Both the position numbers and the translations under genes were made by a program. The notes beneath the pieces were generated by a model. The model was not told where the DNA came from. It ran no database searches and worked only from the letters and a program-made list of their open reading frames with translations. A stretch of 64,000 nt of DNA from Amphiscolops sp. MND2022 (taxonomy: Eukaryota), in the NCBI GenBank assembly GCA_964187785.1, contig OZ076413.1:48920001-48984000 (forward strand). The letters are read 5' to 3'. Positions 1 through 14,723 of the stretch are shown piece after piece (the stretch's first letter is position 1; every line of letters starts with the position of its first letter).

Positions 1-3000
1 TGTCTTTTTCAAAATGCATTTTGGCAGCTGACTATTTTGATTTTTGACTTTTGTTCGGTGCAATTGTTGAGACAACCACCCCGTTGTGCTAATGGGCCAA
101 AAATCAGCCTCTGGCGAGAGAAAGCAAGTCCTTGCTGGCTGATCACTGTCGATTCGAATTACCAACCAAGAATTTGGCGGTGCGAAAACAGGCCGCTGGG
201 GCATGTGTAGGGTATATGTGTCAGTGAGTGGCATTTGGAGTTTGCAACTGTTAAACTGTACCTCGCCATTTGTATTTAGCTACTTTGCAGAAGTGTGTAC
301 AAACACCAGGAGCAGGTCTTTTTCTATTGAAACTTGAAAAGGTATTGAGAAGGTGGAATTAGAAGTGCCAGAGCTGAATGGTGGCGACAGTGAAAAGATG
401 GTGGAAGTTGCAGCGAAAGTGCCCCACCGTTACTATTGTTACTGCTAAGACTGAGACTATAGTTGTGGTGTGATATTGCTGGATGAAAAAAGTTGCAGAC
501 GTATTATAGAATGTTGAGATGATGTATAAATAGGAAATGGCTAGTGAGTGAGTGGCAATGGCAATTGCAAAAATGGTATAGCTGACATATAGCACTATTC
601 TTTTCTTGCTTTCTTTTTTATTCTAGATTGTATGATAGCAGTGAAAGAGATATACAGATATAGTGTTGCTGCTACTACTACACACTAAATGAGTCTCCTC
701 GGATAAGCTAGGTGGAAAGAAGAAAGTACGGAGACAATGTCGTCGGTTTTTGTATTTAGCCGTCACTGCTTTTTAGGCAAGGAGATTTACTCGAAACTGA
801 GGAGGATAGTACTCTACATGTCCTACTTTGCTTTCTATCTTCTCCGAGAAGAGGTAGAAAGACATAAGATGAGGAGGACAACATATCACGAAAAGGCATC
901 ATCTTGTTTTTCAATCTATCGCCAAGCCACACAGGTATCCCACAGTTTAACATACAGACCACGCTCGTTTATAATTTTATTGGTCCTTAACGTTAGTTTG
1001 CTCGTGAATTTTATAGCTCGCTTTTCCAACAAAATCTGGATTGTAATTTTGATCCCGCCCTCTTTGCTTTTTACTAGTGAGTATTATTTCTTCGTTCCTC
1101 GTTCGCACCGTCGTCTGTGAAAGACTGTTCTTCGGCTGTTGGGAAAAATGATGCTCGCTGGAGTAAGTCTGATGTAATCACCGGCTCTACGATTGATAGT
1201 CGGCTGTTGTTTACAAACGCGTAACCGAAGGTACAATTTCTAATGGAACTACAACTTCTACTACTGTTACACGTATCGAAATTGATACATAAGTACGTAG
1301 TAGCCCGTCCTGTCGTCATACTATAGAAGTGTTCACATGGTTGTCGTATTCGTTGGTAGTGGTAGTGTTGTAGCGATAGCCAGCGAAAAACGAACTACTG
1401 CAACCAACAAGGAATGGCAGCGGCGGCGGCATTGGTAGAACTGGTAAGAAGGAATATGGGAATAACACTAGTGTACCAACAAGAGTGTGTTACCAGCCGC
1501 CATTGCCACCACTACTGGCCAAAACCACAAGCACAAGCAACAACACTGGCTGGCATCATGCTTTACCAATTAACGGTGGTGGTGGCAGTAGTAGTAGTGC
1601 CAGCCGTCGAGCCAGCTTCTACTTCAGCCTCCGCCGAACCACAGTCATTTCTACCAACTACCAGCAGCCAGCTCACACTTTTCCCCGCTTTTTTCTTTCT
1701 CTGGCTAGATTGGATCCATTCACTGGTCACTCAAAGTGGTACTTCTTCTGGAAAGAACCAGCGCTGCTTGGTATTGGTAGTACCAAACTGGCAAATACAC
1801 TGGCAGCTCTAAAACCGAGAGTCAAACTAGCTCCTCTCCGGCTGAGCTGCCAGAAATAATATTCTACCGTATTGCTGTTCTTCCTAAAACGAGACAAGCG
1901 CCGTGACTACGTCTCTCGCTGGAGCACACAGTTTCAGTCTTTCGTTGGATTTGATTGGATTGGTTTGTTTCTTGATTTGGTCTTTTTTCGCTCAGCTGAA
2001 ACAAGTGAGAAGCAAATGCGCGCGCGGCTGTTGTTTATTCTATGGTGGCTGCTATACTGAATCAAACTGCCGCCGTACTAAAACCTTTTGCTCTCCTTTC
2101 TGGAATAGGAATTGGAATATCTGCAACGCTGGACTAGAAAGGTTACATGCTGTGTTTACGGCTTTTGTCTATTGTTTGTTGTCTGCGCAAGTTGCATTGT
2201 TGATGAAAAAATACAAAATTTTAAACGCCACGCCAATATCCTTTTTGTCACACCACTGTCATTTTACGGCAGCAGCGCTTAAGATTGAAGCCCTTACGGC
2301 CCCGTTCTTACTTTGCTCCTCTATTTTTGCTTATTCAAGTTCTCCAATAACAGCTAAGTTCCAACACATTGCTGTATATTTATTTGTTCATTATTTCGTT
2401 TCAATGCCGCATAATCTAGATTAAATTGCTCACTTATTACTCAAGTTCGCCTTTAGGTTGTTTTCTTAATTCATTTCTATGTTTCAATCAAAAGAAACCC
2501 AAGGATAGCACTAGATATTTGTTATAATACACAACAACAACGACGACGACTACGCATGTACGCAATTTTCCCGTCCATTGATTTCTGTCAGCAGTTTCCT
2601 CCCAATTTCCCGAAACGATAAAAATTATCAATCATAAAAATCAGCAAGTAAGGTGCTGGTTCTTCTCAAGTGCTGATACGTTCAAGTCAGTTAGCAACTG
2701 TGATAGGCTGCTTTGAATGAAAATGTTTGCAAGGCGGCGATTGTTGCTTAAAAATTCTCATTTGACGAGCATAGGAGATTGACTACTTCTAAAGGAGACT
2801 AGCTCTACTGTATTGGTTGGCTTGCAAGATTTGTAGCAGCCAACGCCTTGCAATATTGCCTTTCAATTATTATAATGGAAGAGCATCCTTTGAAATACGT
2901 ACAGATGCAACAAGGATCTCACTAGTTATCGCATTCAAGTCACGGCCGGGAAAAGAAGAATTATTCTGCCTTTGTTGTTTTGGACTTGTATCTTCTGGCT

Positions 3001-3864
3001 TCAGTGAAACTATGGTATCAAGAGCCATGTTTCAATGATAGTTACAAATGATACCAAGTGATAGCAGCGAATCAATTCGACCGAATCGCGTATTCTAGTT
3101 CCAGTTATTGTTATTGGATTCTTACCATCTATTACTCCCTCTTTTTATTATCTCAATCTTGAAACCATCACTAAGGACCGGCTAGGAGCCAGATAGTTTA
3201 GTAGCTGGTGCTTATTGTTAGCATGGTACATTGTTACGTGCCATTTGACCATAATTGTTGATGCATAGTTCTTATCATGGCATTTTTTTCACTGCCATAG
3301 TTGTCTGTAATATGGCAACGACCTCTGCTTATAAGTGCAGTTAGGATTTCTTGAAAAAAAAAGAAAGAATCAACGTACACTTATTTTGCTTTTGGGAAAA
3401 TCAAAAGCTGCTGTATCAACATTTTCTACCTTGCGTCATTTCCAACTCTGCTTCATTATTGGCTGATTTCCCCCTAATTAGCAGTGATATACCCTGGAGC
3501 CTGTTATTTGAAAGGTAACGAAGGCAGTTTGTTCACCTTAATAATATTATTGTCAGCATCTCTGTTTCCTGCTTACCTGCTGTTGTGAAAATGCGTCCGA
3601 CCTCAGATTGTGGATTACAAAGTAATCACATTAGTTGAATAAGTCACTTACTCCTGTTACAACTTCTACATCGCTGAACTCTAAAAACGGCCTGTTAAAT
3701 ACGTCACATTGAATTTGGAATAAATTTACGCCATTCTTGCTTTGCCATTATGGGTTAAACTTCGAATTGAGGTTATCGACGCTTTGAGTGTATTGGTTTT
3801 TGGGTTTGGTTGATTATCACTAGTTATTATCTTATGATATTATGGGTGACTGTGAATTCTGCAG

Positions 3865-4771
3865 ATCTCATGTTCGAGCTAAAACAGTGTCCCCGAAGGT
3901 ATCTAGACGAGCGTACAACCAGCCCTTAACTGTTAACTCTCAACCAATGGCTGTAGATACTAGTTACAACCTCGCCAGTGGCCAGCCTATAATGCCTTCT
4001 CTGCAACAGTTCATTGCATCTGGTAAGATGATGACACCTCAACACCAAACTGCCTTGGGTCTCATGCCCACTCAAGGGTACCAGCAAAACTGCCAGACTG
4101 TTGGGTCCCCCAAACAGCACCCCGATAAGCCTCCGCCTACACACAGAAAGAAAACAGGACACGGGGCTACACGGAGGAGATATCAGCACTATTTGAGTAG
4201 TTCGTTCAATAAACACAAAACAATTGATCATCTAACAGTCTATCAAAGCTCACATTATAATCATCTCGAGAACACAATGAACCTTTTACCGGCCGCTTAT
4301 CCTTCTAGCTTCGCTGTCAACCCTTATCAACAACCTTCGTCCACTTTGAGAGGAGATTACACCCATTATGCTGGGAGACCGTTGACAGGTACCACCCAAC
4401 TGAATTGTGCCTACGACGATTTTTATCTCCATTCTAATGGAATTGTCAACGGATCTGGCATCGCGACAACCGATTGTGTCTCCTCTAAATTGCCCACCTC
4501 CTCCTTTTGCTACGCATCAAAAAGCTCGCCATTCACTGCACTCAATGGTCTAGGTCACGACGTGACAGGCACCGGTTGTATGGATAGCAGTTCCAATTGG
4601 CCTTTACCCCCCACGGCAGCAGCCTCTCTGCTGTCTCCTGTGCGCCCTATGTCACCCCTGGTGCCTATGGGGTCACCAACTGCCACCCAAATGGAAGAGC
4701 GCTTCTTCGACGACACTTTCTTAAACTATCCTACATCTTCCCCCAAGCTGGTGGAAGAACACTTCTGTGAA
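3865..4771 (+). CDS. Probable large coding exon, low-complexity S/P/Q/T-rich; possibly an upstream or alternative exon of the CC2D1/Lgd gene
   Basis: Core of the 328-aa ORF 3842..4828, more GC-rich than its flanks. Bounded by acceptor ttctgcag (ends 3864) and donor GAA|gtatgt (4772). The phase-0 donor is compatible with the phase-0 exon at 15848. No recognisable domain. Confidence 0.45.
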
Positions 4772-6924
4772 GTATGTTCATTTCAGCAACTAAAAATTTT
4801 CAGGACTCTCAATTTTAGATTTAAATGAATTTAGCTTCGGGAATTTTCTGGGCACGGTAGTTATAATTTTTCTGTGTTGAAATTAACAGTCATGTTTATT
4901 TGCCATTTGCCCAAATTTTATAATGATTTCTCTGCTGCTCTACATGCCTTTGCTTTACGACCAAGGCAACTTCTACATTTTGCGTTGCTTGAATTTTATT
5001 GGTTTCGTTCGTTTGTATGACATTCATTTGACAGTAATGATTTCCAATGATGTCACAAGGGAATCTTGATTGGTTTGGTACTTTCATGTAGGTGATGAAA
5101 CCTTTCATCTTCGGTGTAATCGAACGAGTCAGCACAAATTTTCCAGCCTATGTCGGGTGATTTTTTAATACGGCTGTATGGCTTTTCTATGCGTACGCTG
5201 GTATCGGATATTCCTCTTCTGATTTCAAGTTTTTCCGTTCAGCTTAGAAAGTTCTCTAATCGTTGTTTTCAAAAACTGCATCAATCTTCCTTTCCTTGTA
5301 TTCTTACTCGAACATATTCTATTGCGTTTAGTCTACGTTTTTTCTCTGGATAAGTTTTTGCAATAAACATGTTTCATGAATTTGCAAATCCCTAGTGAAA
5401 GAAGATGCTTGAATAATGAAGTTCAGGAGACAATATAACCGTGACATTAATTATGATCTTTAAATCTATTGAAATATGCAAAGTAACATGTTGCAGTAGG
5501 AATCCATTCGTAACATGTGCTGTATTCGTCCAAATTCTTATAGTCGGCTGTCCAAAATGCATTGTACTATGGCAATTGTTGAAATTTCGATTTCTTTCCA
5601 CGATTTAGTTGAAACTCATTCCGTTACGAATACTAATTCTGGAAACTTTTGAGCGGAAAAGTTTCAACTTCTCTGCACACACAATGGCATTCTTTCTTTT
5701 GCCAAAATAACAGCGGTTCTTAATAGTAATGACTTTCACTATATCTTCGTTTTTTGAGTTGCTTTAAAAATGAAATGCAAAAAAAAACTTTTTACATATC
5801 GGCTTTCACTGCTTCACACGATCGGTTACATATTCGGCTGAAATCATTATTCAATGCTGCTGAGCTTTTGAAATATGAACTATTGACGCAGTGCATACTG
5901 TAATATCCTGTGACCTTCAAGTTACTCAGAGAAAATTTTCAATATTAGAACCAATCGTTCGGTGGCGCTTTTACTGTGCAATGTATTTACCTAGATTCAG
6001 TCACCAGAGAAATCTCCGACCTCTCCCCAAAGTATGTAGTTTTTGGATTTCAACAACGTTTTGCCCTTTCCAAAACTTCTCTCGCATCTTTAGCCATCTT
6101 CCATTTTTAGTCGGCACTTTTCCTAAAAAAGAGTCGACTATAGTCATGGCTTTTCGTCAGTGTTTTTTTTCGATACACCTGAAATGACCAAAATAGTTCT
6201 ACCAAAAGTTCTACAAAATTTTAAGGCACCAAATTTTACCTGTTGGCCCAGGGAACTGAACCAAAAAGGTTTTTCCTTTTTTTCGCGTAACATACGGAAC
6301 ATGTTTTTATATGAGAAGAGGAATTCATTCATGCGGACTGCCAATGCGAACGTTGAATACACAGAACTTCCATATATGGGTTTTAGTTATCAATAAATAA
6401 CTAGTTGATGTAGACCTCAAATTCACGCAACCGCTTCGACTGTTTTTTAGAAGATTCTATTTTATCAGGTTTTAGGGTTTACCGGACATCAAGTCTTTGA
6501 CGGAATTCGGTGGGAAAAATATCTCAGATAAAAACGGTTTGAAACCGCCGAAAATTTGATTTATGAATCAACACGAAGGAACTACCGGAGGCAAAAAACT
6601 TTGTTTAGAAACTGGTTCAATTGATTAATCGATTGGTTCAACATATGATGACCTTGCTTCGATTAAGCTTCATTTGAAAGGAAATTTTTTTTCACTATTT
6701 TCGGTCTAATTTCAGTCTCCACGTTCGACTCAACCTGAATATAAATGTAGATAACTCTGAAAACAGTCTTTCATCGCCCACATTTGAGGATATTGTCCGG
6801 TCCGACCGGTATCCGGCTTGAAGCTGTCCTGTTCGGTAGGACGAAAGTTTTCCTGTTCGGCGTACCTCTTACGTTTTTACAGCTTCTTCAGTAGCTCAAC
6901 TGTTTTTAAATTCATGCAAATTTG

Positions 6925-7731
6925 TTTTCAGTCGGCGCTTTTTTGCAAGTGAAAAGTGCAAGAGTCTTACAGTAGCGAATTTTTTTGTCACTGACTCTGA
7001 CACGTACAACTTCTATAAACTTTCATAAATTTCATATGTAAGAGGCTCCGCCTTTTGGCATAGCGGTTAACTCAAATTTTCAGGCCTGGTGACGGGACAT
7101 GAGAAGCAGGAGTATGTGAGTTTGAGTCCCGCACCAAACCAATTGTTATGCTTGCAAAGGTAGAGGAAAGATCTTTTGGTGTTTTTCGATACTATGCAAC
7201 TTTTCCATTTTTTTTTACCGAACTTCGTTTTCGCTTTTTAGCAGACGTAAAATGTTTTGTGAGCATGGAGGGACCTTTAGGGTTTTCGGCACTGTGCGAC
7301 TTAACAAAGAGTTTGGAGAGCTTGGAAAATATTTGTGGAAAAAGTTCTTCGAAACTTTTTTTCTACACATATTTTGGTCTTTTGGGGTTTTCTGTAAAGG
7401 AAAACAGGTTCCCAAGCCTCAAGTATGAACCCTGGTTATTTTTGGTCCTGTGAGAGTTTTCTCAGTAGTTTTTGAAAAACCTACGGTTTTTTTGTTACTA
7501 AACGACTTTTTCCGAAAAAAAATAGATTATTTTATTATTTTTTCTAAATTTGTTTTTTTTGAAATTTCGAGTTTGGGAAAAAGCCGTTTTCTTTTGGGTA
7601 TCCTTCGGTCTTTTTTGGCACTGTAAATTTGGTAAACATTTTTTCAGTTGTGTCCCTTAGCATATTTATAACATTTTATTACTCTGTTTGAACTTTGAGC
7701 AAGGCGCCAACTTGGGCCGTTTCCGGCTCTT
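6925..7731 (+). mobile_element. Degenerate copy of the Helentron/DINE-1-like non-autonomous repeat
   Basis: Decayed 5' terminus (tttcagtcggcgcttttttg...cttacagt), internal ttttcggcactgtgcgac at 7283-7300, 3' terminus ggcgccaacttgggccgtttccggctctt. Confidence 0.5.
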
Positions 7732-9594
7732 AAGAGTTTTCTAAACCTCAATTTGTTCATTTTAAATATGATCAAAGATTTTTTGCGGAAAGTTTTCAGT
7801 GAATGGCGCTCGCTTTCGAGTGAAACGATGAAATCATTTGCGTTTTTAAAATTATGACCTGGAGTTTGCAGGTAACCACTGTCTCTTTTGACGTTTTTAC
7901 TGGACGGAAGCCTCCGAATCAAAACTTTCGATACTTTTTGGTATCATGTGAAGATGAAAGTTTGAAGATTGGTCCAAAATTGAAAGCTGATACTTTCGCA
8001 ACATCACTGGTTCTTAGTTATTTTCTATTTATTCTGCGAGTCTTTATGGATTCGATTTTTGTGCAATCCTTGACGAACGTTCGTATAGCGAACGAAGTGC
8101 TGATAGTTTTTGAACTATTTATGGAAACATAATCGGTGTTTAATCAGTACTGTTGATTTGTATCAAGATTTGAGGGGTTGTATTTCTCCAAACTTATTTT
8201 AGACAGTGTTTGAGCTCTTCTGAAGCCAGGACACTGCTCATGCTTTGCTTACAACGCAAATTCATTCCAATTATTTGAAAGCCTAGTTTTCGACAAATGT
8301 AATGAGTATTTGTGCTTAGCTGATATTATTGATTTCACTATCTTTTCGTTAAAAGTTCGAAGTCCGTCAACTGTTTCCGTGCCCATGTGCGTAGACGATG
8401 TTTAATCCTTTGAGATCTGTTTGTCTGCTGTTCGCTGAAAAATGCGTCCTTTGATATTCAAAGCGTTAGATTCTATTAGAAGAGTCAAAGGGTCTCAGCT
8501 GGTGTTTTTGAATGTAGGGCTTTTCGTTTGCTTTGACGCCCTGTTTACCCCTCTGGCATCTTGTCTTTGCTAGATTGCCAAACAATTTTGGGCCCTAAAT
8601 AGAAACGTTTCCCCATAATAGACTTCGTTGACATTACTAGCCTAAAATTGATTTTTGTAGTAGTTGACTTTAAAATAGTATCCTCTGGGTAGAAAAGATG
8701 GTGCACATGCCTTGAACAGTCTTATATTTTGGATTAAGAAGTCTTATGGAATTCAGACTTTCATTCTTAATCACAAATCCCTGAAAATTCAGTTTTTTGG
8801 AAGATTTCAATTAATTCACCCAGTAAGACTGCAGTCATGACTCAATGTTCTCAAATAAACGTTTAGAAGTGGGAAAGGTCAAGTCTTTTCTGTAATTTGT
8901 TGCGCTTGGTTTCATTTTGGATATTGCATTTTAACATAATTGATTGCAGGTAAAACGTTATGCATCAACAGAAGCATCAACAAACGGCATATTACTACGT
9001 TCGTGTTTTCAATTCGATTTTTACCGCTCTAGGTTACCAGCTATGTGAGTTTGAAGCGTTTTATAAGTGTTACCAAAATGAAACGTGAATTAAGTTGATT
9101 GATTGGATTTTGTTAGTGTTCTCAATGCTTTCAAGGCTTTCCCCTTTCTCGTTGATAAGAATCAAGGCATCGATGTAACATCTAATTATAGTTTCACCTG
9201 TCTCTTCATTCTCACTCTGACGTAATCACGTAAAACAAAAAGCCAAAAAGCTCCCCGCTTGATTTCCAGAGGAAGGCAACGGTGGAAGACGGACTAGTTA
9301 TTATACCTACCCTGTTGTAATCTCCGTAAATGCAAAGTTGTGGCGTTCAACGGTTTACTTCGCTGGTTTGGAAAATGAACACAATCCCCAATAATTTCGT
9401 GAATGCTAATAAGCTACTTATCCGCGCTTACACCTCTCAGCAACGTCGTTTTTTGCCTGGCTGATTTTTCGGCTAATTTATTCTGGTCATGGAATTTTTC
9501 CCCTTCTCAGTTTGCTTCGAGAAAAAATATATCGTGAAAAGAAGTCACGTGTGTTTTTTCAGTCGGAGCATGACGTGAATAATTGATACTTTCA

Positions 9595-12500
9595 TTCGTG
9601 TATTTTTGTTTTCACGTGACTTCATCGGATTCCAAATTCTTTGCTTCTCCAGGTTGAAAGAAAATGCAAGTTTGTTCCGTTCTATTTTTGTTGTTTTTAA
9701 AAATTGTTTTTCAGTAAGGTAGCTTTTGCTGTCATTGTAAAATTGTGATGTTTGTTTAGGTTTGCAAGTCCTTCGAAATTTGTTCAAGCGACGCTTTTCA
9801 GCTATCAAGATTCATGTCCTTTTCTGAATTTTAGTTCGCAAGATGTTTTGTTCATCTGTGCAACATGTTTAGTTTTTGTTCACTCGCGGGATCTAACCTA
9901 ATGAAGCTCTCGGTTGTTGTCAAATCAGCTATGCGAATTTGTATGGAATTCAATAATTTGTGGAAAACTCTGTTGTCTGAAACATCCTCATTGTTGGAAT
10001 CTTCACGAACGAATTATCTCGCTCTACTTCGCTGTGATTCTGTCGTTTGACTACGATAGCTTCAGGAATTGATTGGCCGATTAATATGATTGAAACCTTA
10101 GTCGTCATACTCAGTGTGTTTCTTGGCTAGTTCTTCTTACTAAAAAATACATATTGATCTCTCTGTCGTCTGTTGCGACAGCTTCATGTCAGGAAAAGCC
10201 GCCATGCTTGGGAAATAATAACCAACGCCCTCCTTAAATTGATCCAAACAAAAGAGTGACTTTTGAAGTCGGATTTATTCTGTGTCTGTCTACGGCTTTG
10301 TAGATGTCGTTGTCTGGAATTAAAAATTGATAGCTTTTCTTTGTGGTAGAAGCATGTAACATTCATTCTACGCTTGTTTACATGAATGTGTGTATCATAT
10401 TTTGAAGTTAACTTGATAGCCTCATCCTCATCTGAACAAAATTGGGGGGAAATAAAATAGTCGTATTTTTGAATACATGTTGTTTAATAAGAGAATATGC
10501 TGTGCACTTCAATCTTGAATTATTTTGGAATGTCAAGAGGCGACATGTGAGCGTGATCTCATAAAGAAGCCAATAAAACTGTCATTTTTTAGTTTTGAAG
10601 TTGAAATCCTTGTCAATTCCCGTCTGTGGCCCAAAAAATGACATGTGCTTCCGTCGGTGGAAGCAGCAGACTGCACTCTGTGACGTAATTGTAAGGGTTT
10701 GTTGACCGAAAAGCGAGCTACTTTTAATAAAAATTTTGTTAGCTTCCTCTCAACTCTGGAAGCTGACTCTTTTTCTTCATAATAGCTTGAAAGCAGTAGG
10801 TGCTTGAAATTGCTACGCAAGACATCCGTACATGCATCTAGGTATATTGTTCTGAAAAACTGCCTATAGCGTCGACGTGGTATTAGAGAAGACGTGGAAT
10901 CGGTTAAATTGAGCCATTCGTCCAAAAGAATTTGCAACGCGCATACATTAGGAGAAATCAAGTTAATTTTGCGCTTGAGGCAATGAGATGCGCCAGTTCA
11001 TGGAGACTGCTTCGAAGAAGCAACGCTTGTTTTTCTCCCTCAGTATTACCCGGAAATAAGGCATCTAGTTCTTGCACGGAATAATTAAGACTGACCTAGA
11101 ATCTTGGCACCAGAGAGTCTGTTCTGTGGAAATAAATTGGTGCCAAAAAGCGCTGGCTAGTATCTTTTCATTTTAAATTTAGTTTCGAGAAAGCTGGGAA
11201 ATTTCAGATTGACTACATTCAGCGCGTAAAAAAACGCTTAAGTGGTATAACCGGTTAGATTCTTATCTTTTTGACAGATGTATTAATATTTTCCTCCAAA
11301 TATTTCGATATGGGAAAGGAAATTACTTGTGCCGCGTTTTTTTTTGCATTTTGCTATGTGCAAATTTATTTTTTGAGGTTTTTCCACAGAATTCAATTTT
11401 CATTAAATTATGTTCGTATCATATGCATTTGTCGATATATTTGAACTTTTTATGAAAAAAAACATTTACCAAAACTGTCTCAAATGACACCAAATTGACC
11501 TCGATAAATGCCAAAGTTAACCTAATGTGATCATTTTTGAGCGTTTGCTTGCAATTATTATTGTTTGTGTGGGTATGAAAAATCACAATTCATTCCAACG
11601 TTTGACCATTTTTTTCGTTTGTTTTTTTTCTAAATGTTCAGAGTTCAACGAAGAATGAATTGGCCATTCAATCGGCGTAGCTTTTTAGACGAGAAATTTG
11701 ATGTTCATTCGGAAATCGTCCCAAAAATAGTCCCTAGTCGAATTATTTGTATGACTATTCGCAGTATTCAACAGCAAGTCAATCAGCTACTTAGCATACT
11801 CTTTCATGGGAAACTTTTTCCAGAATAATTCTCAACGTGAAGTGTAATGTGCGGAAATTTTCAATGTTTGACCATTCATGTTTTTTCGAGGACATATAAA
11901 TCAAAAAGTTCAACAGCAACTCAACAGGCTACTCGGGATCCTTTTTGCATGTTTATGAAGGTTTCTTTGAAAAAAATGCCTAACGTGAAAGTGATGAATA
12001 TTTAAGAGACAGTTCACAAAATTTTTGTTCTTTGCATATTTTAACAGATTGTGGATGTTTACGTCTGTATGAAGGCATACTTTGATAAAGCAAGTGGTAA
12101 TTTTTTTACCGTCTGTGAGAAAGTTTTGCTGAATGTGTGTTGTCTCAGTAATGATTTCGTGTATTTTTGTTTTCACGTGACTTCATCGGATTCCAAATTC
12201 TTTGCTTCTCCAGGTTGAAAGAAAATGCAAGTTTGTTCCGTTCTATTTTTGTTGTTTTTAAAAATTGTTTTTCAGTAAGGTAGCTTTTGCTGTCATTGTA
12301 AAATTGTGATGTTTGTTTAGGTTTGCAAGTCCTTCGAAATTTGTTCAAGCGACGCTTTTCAGCTATCAAGATTCATGTCCTTTTCTGAATTTTAGTTCGC
12401 AAGATGTTTTGTTCATCTGTGCAACATGTTTAGTTTTTGTTCACTCGCGGGATCTAACCTAATGAAGCTCTCGGTTGTTGTCAAATCAGCTATGCGAATT

Positions 12501-14723
12501 TGTATGGAATTCAATAATTTGTGGAAAACTCTGTTGTCTGAAACATCCTCATTGTTGGAATCTTCACGAACGAATTATCTCGCTCTACTTCTCCGCTGTG
12601 ATTCTGTCGTTTGACTACGATAGCTTCAGGAATTGATTGGCCGATTAATATGATTGAAACCTTAGTCGTCATACTCAGTGTGTTTCTTGGCTAGTTCTTC
12701 TTACTAAAAAATACATATTGATCTCTCTGTCGTCTGTTGCGACAGCTTCATGTCAGGAAAAGCCGCCATGCTTGGGAAATAATAACCAACGCCCTCCTTA
12801 AATTGATCCAAACAAAAGAGTGACTTTTGAAGTCGGATTTATTCTGTGTCTGTCTACGGCTTTGTAGATGTCGTTGTCTGGAATTAAAAATTGATAGCTT
12901 TTCTTTGTGGTAGAAGCATGTAACATTCATTCTACGCTTGTTTACATGAATGTGTGTATCATATTTTGAAGTTAACTTGATAGCCTCATCCTCATCTGAA
13001 CAAAATTGGGGGGAAATAAAATAGTCGTATTTTTGAATACATGTTGTTTAATAAGAGAATATGCTGTGCACTTCAATCTTGAATTATTTTGGAATGTCAA
13101 GAGGCGACATGTGAGCGTGATCTCATAAAGAAGCCAATAAAACTGTCATTTTTTAGTTTTGAAGTTGAAATCCTTGTCAATTCCCGTCTGTGGCCCAAAA
13201 AATGACATGTGCTTCCGTCGGTGGAAGCAGCAGACTGCACTCTGTGACGTAATTGTAAGGGTTTGTTGACCGAAAAGCGAGCTGCTTTTAATAAAAATTT
13301 TGTTAGCTTCCTCTCAACTCTGGAAGCTGACTCTTTTTCTTCATAATAGCATGAAAGCAGTAGGTGCTTGAAATTGCTACGCAAGACATCCGTACATGCA
13401 TCTAGGTATATTGTTCTGAAAAACTGCCTATAGCGTCGACGTGGTATTAGAGAAGACGTGGAATCGGTTAAATTGAGCCATTCGTCCAAAAGAATTTGCA
13501 ACGCGCATACATTAGGAGAAATCAAGTTAATTTTGCGCTTGAGGCAATGAGATGCGCCAGTTCATGGAGACTGCTTCGAAGAAGCAACGCTTGTTTTTCT
13601 CCCTCAGTATTACCCGGAAATAAGGCATCTAGTTCTTGCACGGAATAATTAAGACTGACCTAGAATCTTGGCACCAGAGAGTCTGTTCTGTGGAAATAAA
13701 TTGGTGCCAAAAAGCGCTGGCTAGTATCTTTTCATTTTAAATTTAGTTTCGAGAAAGCTGGGAAATTTCAGATTGACTACATTCAGCGCGTAAAAAAACG
13801 CTTAAGTGGTATAACCGGTTAGATTCTTATCTTTTTGACAGATGTATTAATATTTTCCTCCAAATATTTCGATATGGGAAAGGAAATTACTTGTGCCGCG
13901 TTTTTTTTGCATTTTGCTATGTGCAAATTTATTTTTTGAGGTTTTTCCACAGAATTCAATTTTCATTAAATTATGTTCGTATCATATGCATTTGTCGATA
14001 TATTTGAACTTTTTATGAAAAAAAACATTTACCAAAACTGTCTCAAATGACACCAAATTGACCTCGATAAATGCCAAAGTTAACCTAATGTGACCATTTT
14101 TGAGCGTTTGCTTGCAATTATTATTGTTTGTGTGGGTATGAAAAATCACAATTCATTCCAACGTTTGACCATTTTTTTCGTTTGTTTTTTTTCTAAATGT
14201 TCAGAGTTCAACGAAGAATGAATTGGCCATTCAATCGGCGTAGCTTTTTAGACGAGAAATTTGATGTTCATTCGGAAATCGTCCCAAAAATAGTCCCTAG
14301 TCGAATTATTTGTATGACTATTCGCAGTATTCAACAGCAAGTCAATCAGCTACTTAGCATACTCTTTCATGGGAAACTTTTTCCAGAATAATTCTCAACG
14401 TGAAGTGTAATGTGCGGAAATTTTCAATGTTTGACCATTCATGTTTTTTCGAGGACATATAAACCAAAAAGTTCAACAGCAACTCAACAGGCTACTCGGG
14501 ATCCTTTTTGCATGTTTATGAAGGTTTCTTTGAAAAAAAATGCCTAACGTGAAAGTGATGAATATTTAAGAGACAGTTCACAAAATTTTTGTTCTTTGCA
14601 TATTTTAACAGATTGTGGATGTTTACGTCTGTATGAAGGCATACTTTGATAAAGCAAGTGGTAATTTTTTTACCGTCTGTGAGAAAGTTTTGCTGAATGT
14701 GTGTTGTCTCAGTAATGATTTCG
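9595..14723. repeat. Direct tandem duplication, two near-identical ~2.56-kb units (9595-12159 and 12156-14723)
   Basis: Sequence and ORF track repeat at an offset of 2561-2564. TTCG microhomology at the start, junction and end. Only a few SNPs, one 3-bp indel and homopolymer differences seen. Confidence 0.95.

Noticed and set aside
359..3038. Short ORFs on both strands in the first 3 kb
   Set aside because: They arise from trinucleotide-rich low-complexity sequence, with no domain or coherent splice structure.
7044..7135. tRNA-like A/B boxes as a tRNA gene
   Set aside because: No acceptor or anticodon stems could be folded; at most a SINE remnant.
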